Source: Gekko japonicus
Taxonomy: Eukaryota
Assembly (NCBI RefSeq): GCF_001447785.1
Contig: NW_015166492.1
Location: 196,795-260,794 of the forward strand
Length of the DNA: 64,000 bases
Direction of reading: 5' to 3'
In this document: positions 62,880 through 64,000 of the stretch, piece by piece
Numbering within the stretch: position 1 is the stretch's first letter
Layout of the letters: each line of letters opens with the position of its first letter
Position numbers and translations under genes: made by a program
The notes under the pieces: generated by a model
Databases searched by the model: none
Seen by the model: only the letters and a program-made list of their open reading frames with translations
Told to the model about the DNA's origin: nothing

Positions 62880-63080
62880 GTCAAGGAGCTGGGTGCCGTC
62901 CTGTACAACTGCAGCTGCCTGGCTCAGGATCTGGGCCGGATCTTTGCCGTGTACAACATGCTGGGAGGAGAAGGGGCTTCCATCCCTGCAGCGTGGCCGG
63001 CTAGCGTTGCGGCAGAGTCCAGCCTGAACCGCCCCTTGAAGCTGCAGCTCAACGGCTCCAGTGCAGAAGTCTACATTTCC
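62880..63080 (+). CDS. PLD3/4-like exon: VKELGAVLYNCSCLAQDLGRIF...SAEVYIS (gene continues past window end)
   Basis: VKELG-xxx-YNCSCLA-x-DL motif; CAG acceptor, TCC|GTAAGC donor. Confidence 0.94.
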
Positions 63081-63463
63081 GTAAGCCTGGCCGTTGTGCC
63101 GCTCTCTTTGTTTCCCTTGAGCAGCAGGGAAGTTCTGGGGCAGGTCAGTTTCATTGCAAGGAAAGTGCCCAGGAAACAGGTTTTGTATTATCAGATTCTA
63201 CACTCGGGGCCGGCATCAGCGTACCCCGAGGTGGGGCAGCTGCCGGGGCCCATGGGTTGTGGTGGGACCCACTTCTGCTCCCTCCCTACTCGCGCATCTC
63301 CTCGGGTGCCGGCCCTGACGCCCTTCCACTGGCTGCTTTTGAGTGCTGTGTCACCTCTGCTCCCTGCCGCATGTGGGTGATGTACAAAGCATCAGCGTTC
63401 CCGGTGACCATGGCAGTGGCCCTCCTGGCTGCACCCACTAGGGTGGGCACCTGGGACTGCAGG

Positions 63464-63837
63464 CAGTGTTCCCTCTAAGCTGAGTTAGTGTGAGCTAGCC
63501 CATGGGTTTTTTTAGCCTCCGGCTCACACCTTTTTGTCTTCGTTCAGGAAGGAAGGCTCCAGAGCAAACCAGTGCTCCCTCTAAGCTGTGGAGTCTTGTG
63601 AGCAAAAATTCTGCTTTGTGCGCTACTGGCATTTAAAGTTGTGAGTGAGCGATTTGGCTGCTGCATAAGTTAGAGGCTTAAAAACTGTGGGCTAGCTCAC
63701 ACTAACTCAGCTTAGAGGGAACACTGGAGCAAAACTAGTTTATGCAGTAGCCAAATCGCTCGCTCCCAACTTTAATGCCAGTAGCTCACAAAGTAGGATT
63801 TTTGCTCACAAGACTCCACAGCTAAGAAGGAGCATTG
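63464..63837 (+). mobile_element. hAT MITE family A with a nested inverted family A copy (63570-63726)
   Basis: Outer TSD ACTGCAGG; inner TSD GAGCAAAC/GAGCAAAA. Confidence 0.9.
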
Positions 63838-64000
63838 ACTGCAGGTGATGGGAGAGCTTGCAGATGGGCCGAGGAAAGATGCAGAGGTGGGGGGGGGGCA
63901 TGTGGGCCTAGTAGTGGGCATGAGGGGGCAAGGGCACTCTCTGCCCAGGGCCGCCCAAAACTGGCCCTCTCTACACTGATATACAAGGCGAGCAGGTGGG

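Noticed and set aside
58992-63080. Assigning the symbol PLD3 or PLD4
   Set aside because: The family is clear, but ZBTB3 synteny and the long tail argue for a separate paralog; phylogeny is needed.

Overview
Vertebrate genomic DNA, judged squamate (probably a gecko) from its Sauria SINE, Squam3-like SINEs, BovB and CR1 content. It has four small assembly gaps. Four spliced protein-coding genes form two head-to-head pairs. (1) First coding exon of a Dapper/DACT-family gene on the minus strand, probably DACT4; the rest was not found in the window. (2) A complete 4-exon MAP1LC3C-like ATG8 gene on the plus strand (121 aa) whose ORF stops right after the conjugation glycine (...SQETFG*). (3) ZBTB3 on the minus strand, with BTB plus 2 C2H2 fingers in one coding exon. 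(4) The 5' part of a PLD3/4/5-family type II membrane exonuclease-like gene on the plus strand, with an intact first HKD motif and an apparent ~200-aa N-terminal tail. The block looks like the fourth whole-genome-duplication copy of the DACT/LC3C/ZBTB18-42-3/PLD3-4-5 paralogon, from which mammals seem to have kept only ZBTB3. The rest is dense in repeats: several hAT and Harbinger-like MITE families with clear TSDs, tRNA- and 5S-derived SINEs, CR1/L2/L1/BovB fragments, a solo LTR, palindromic Penelope-like remnants with degenerate hammerhead cores, and a 34-bp minisatellite. Most ORFs in the supplied track are spurious. Gene models were built by eye from splice sites and remembered family sequences; no database search was run.
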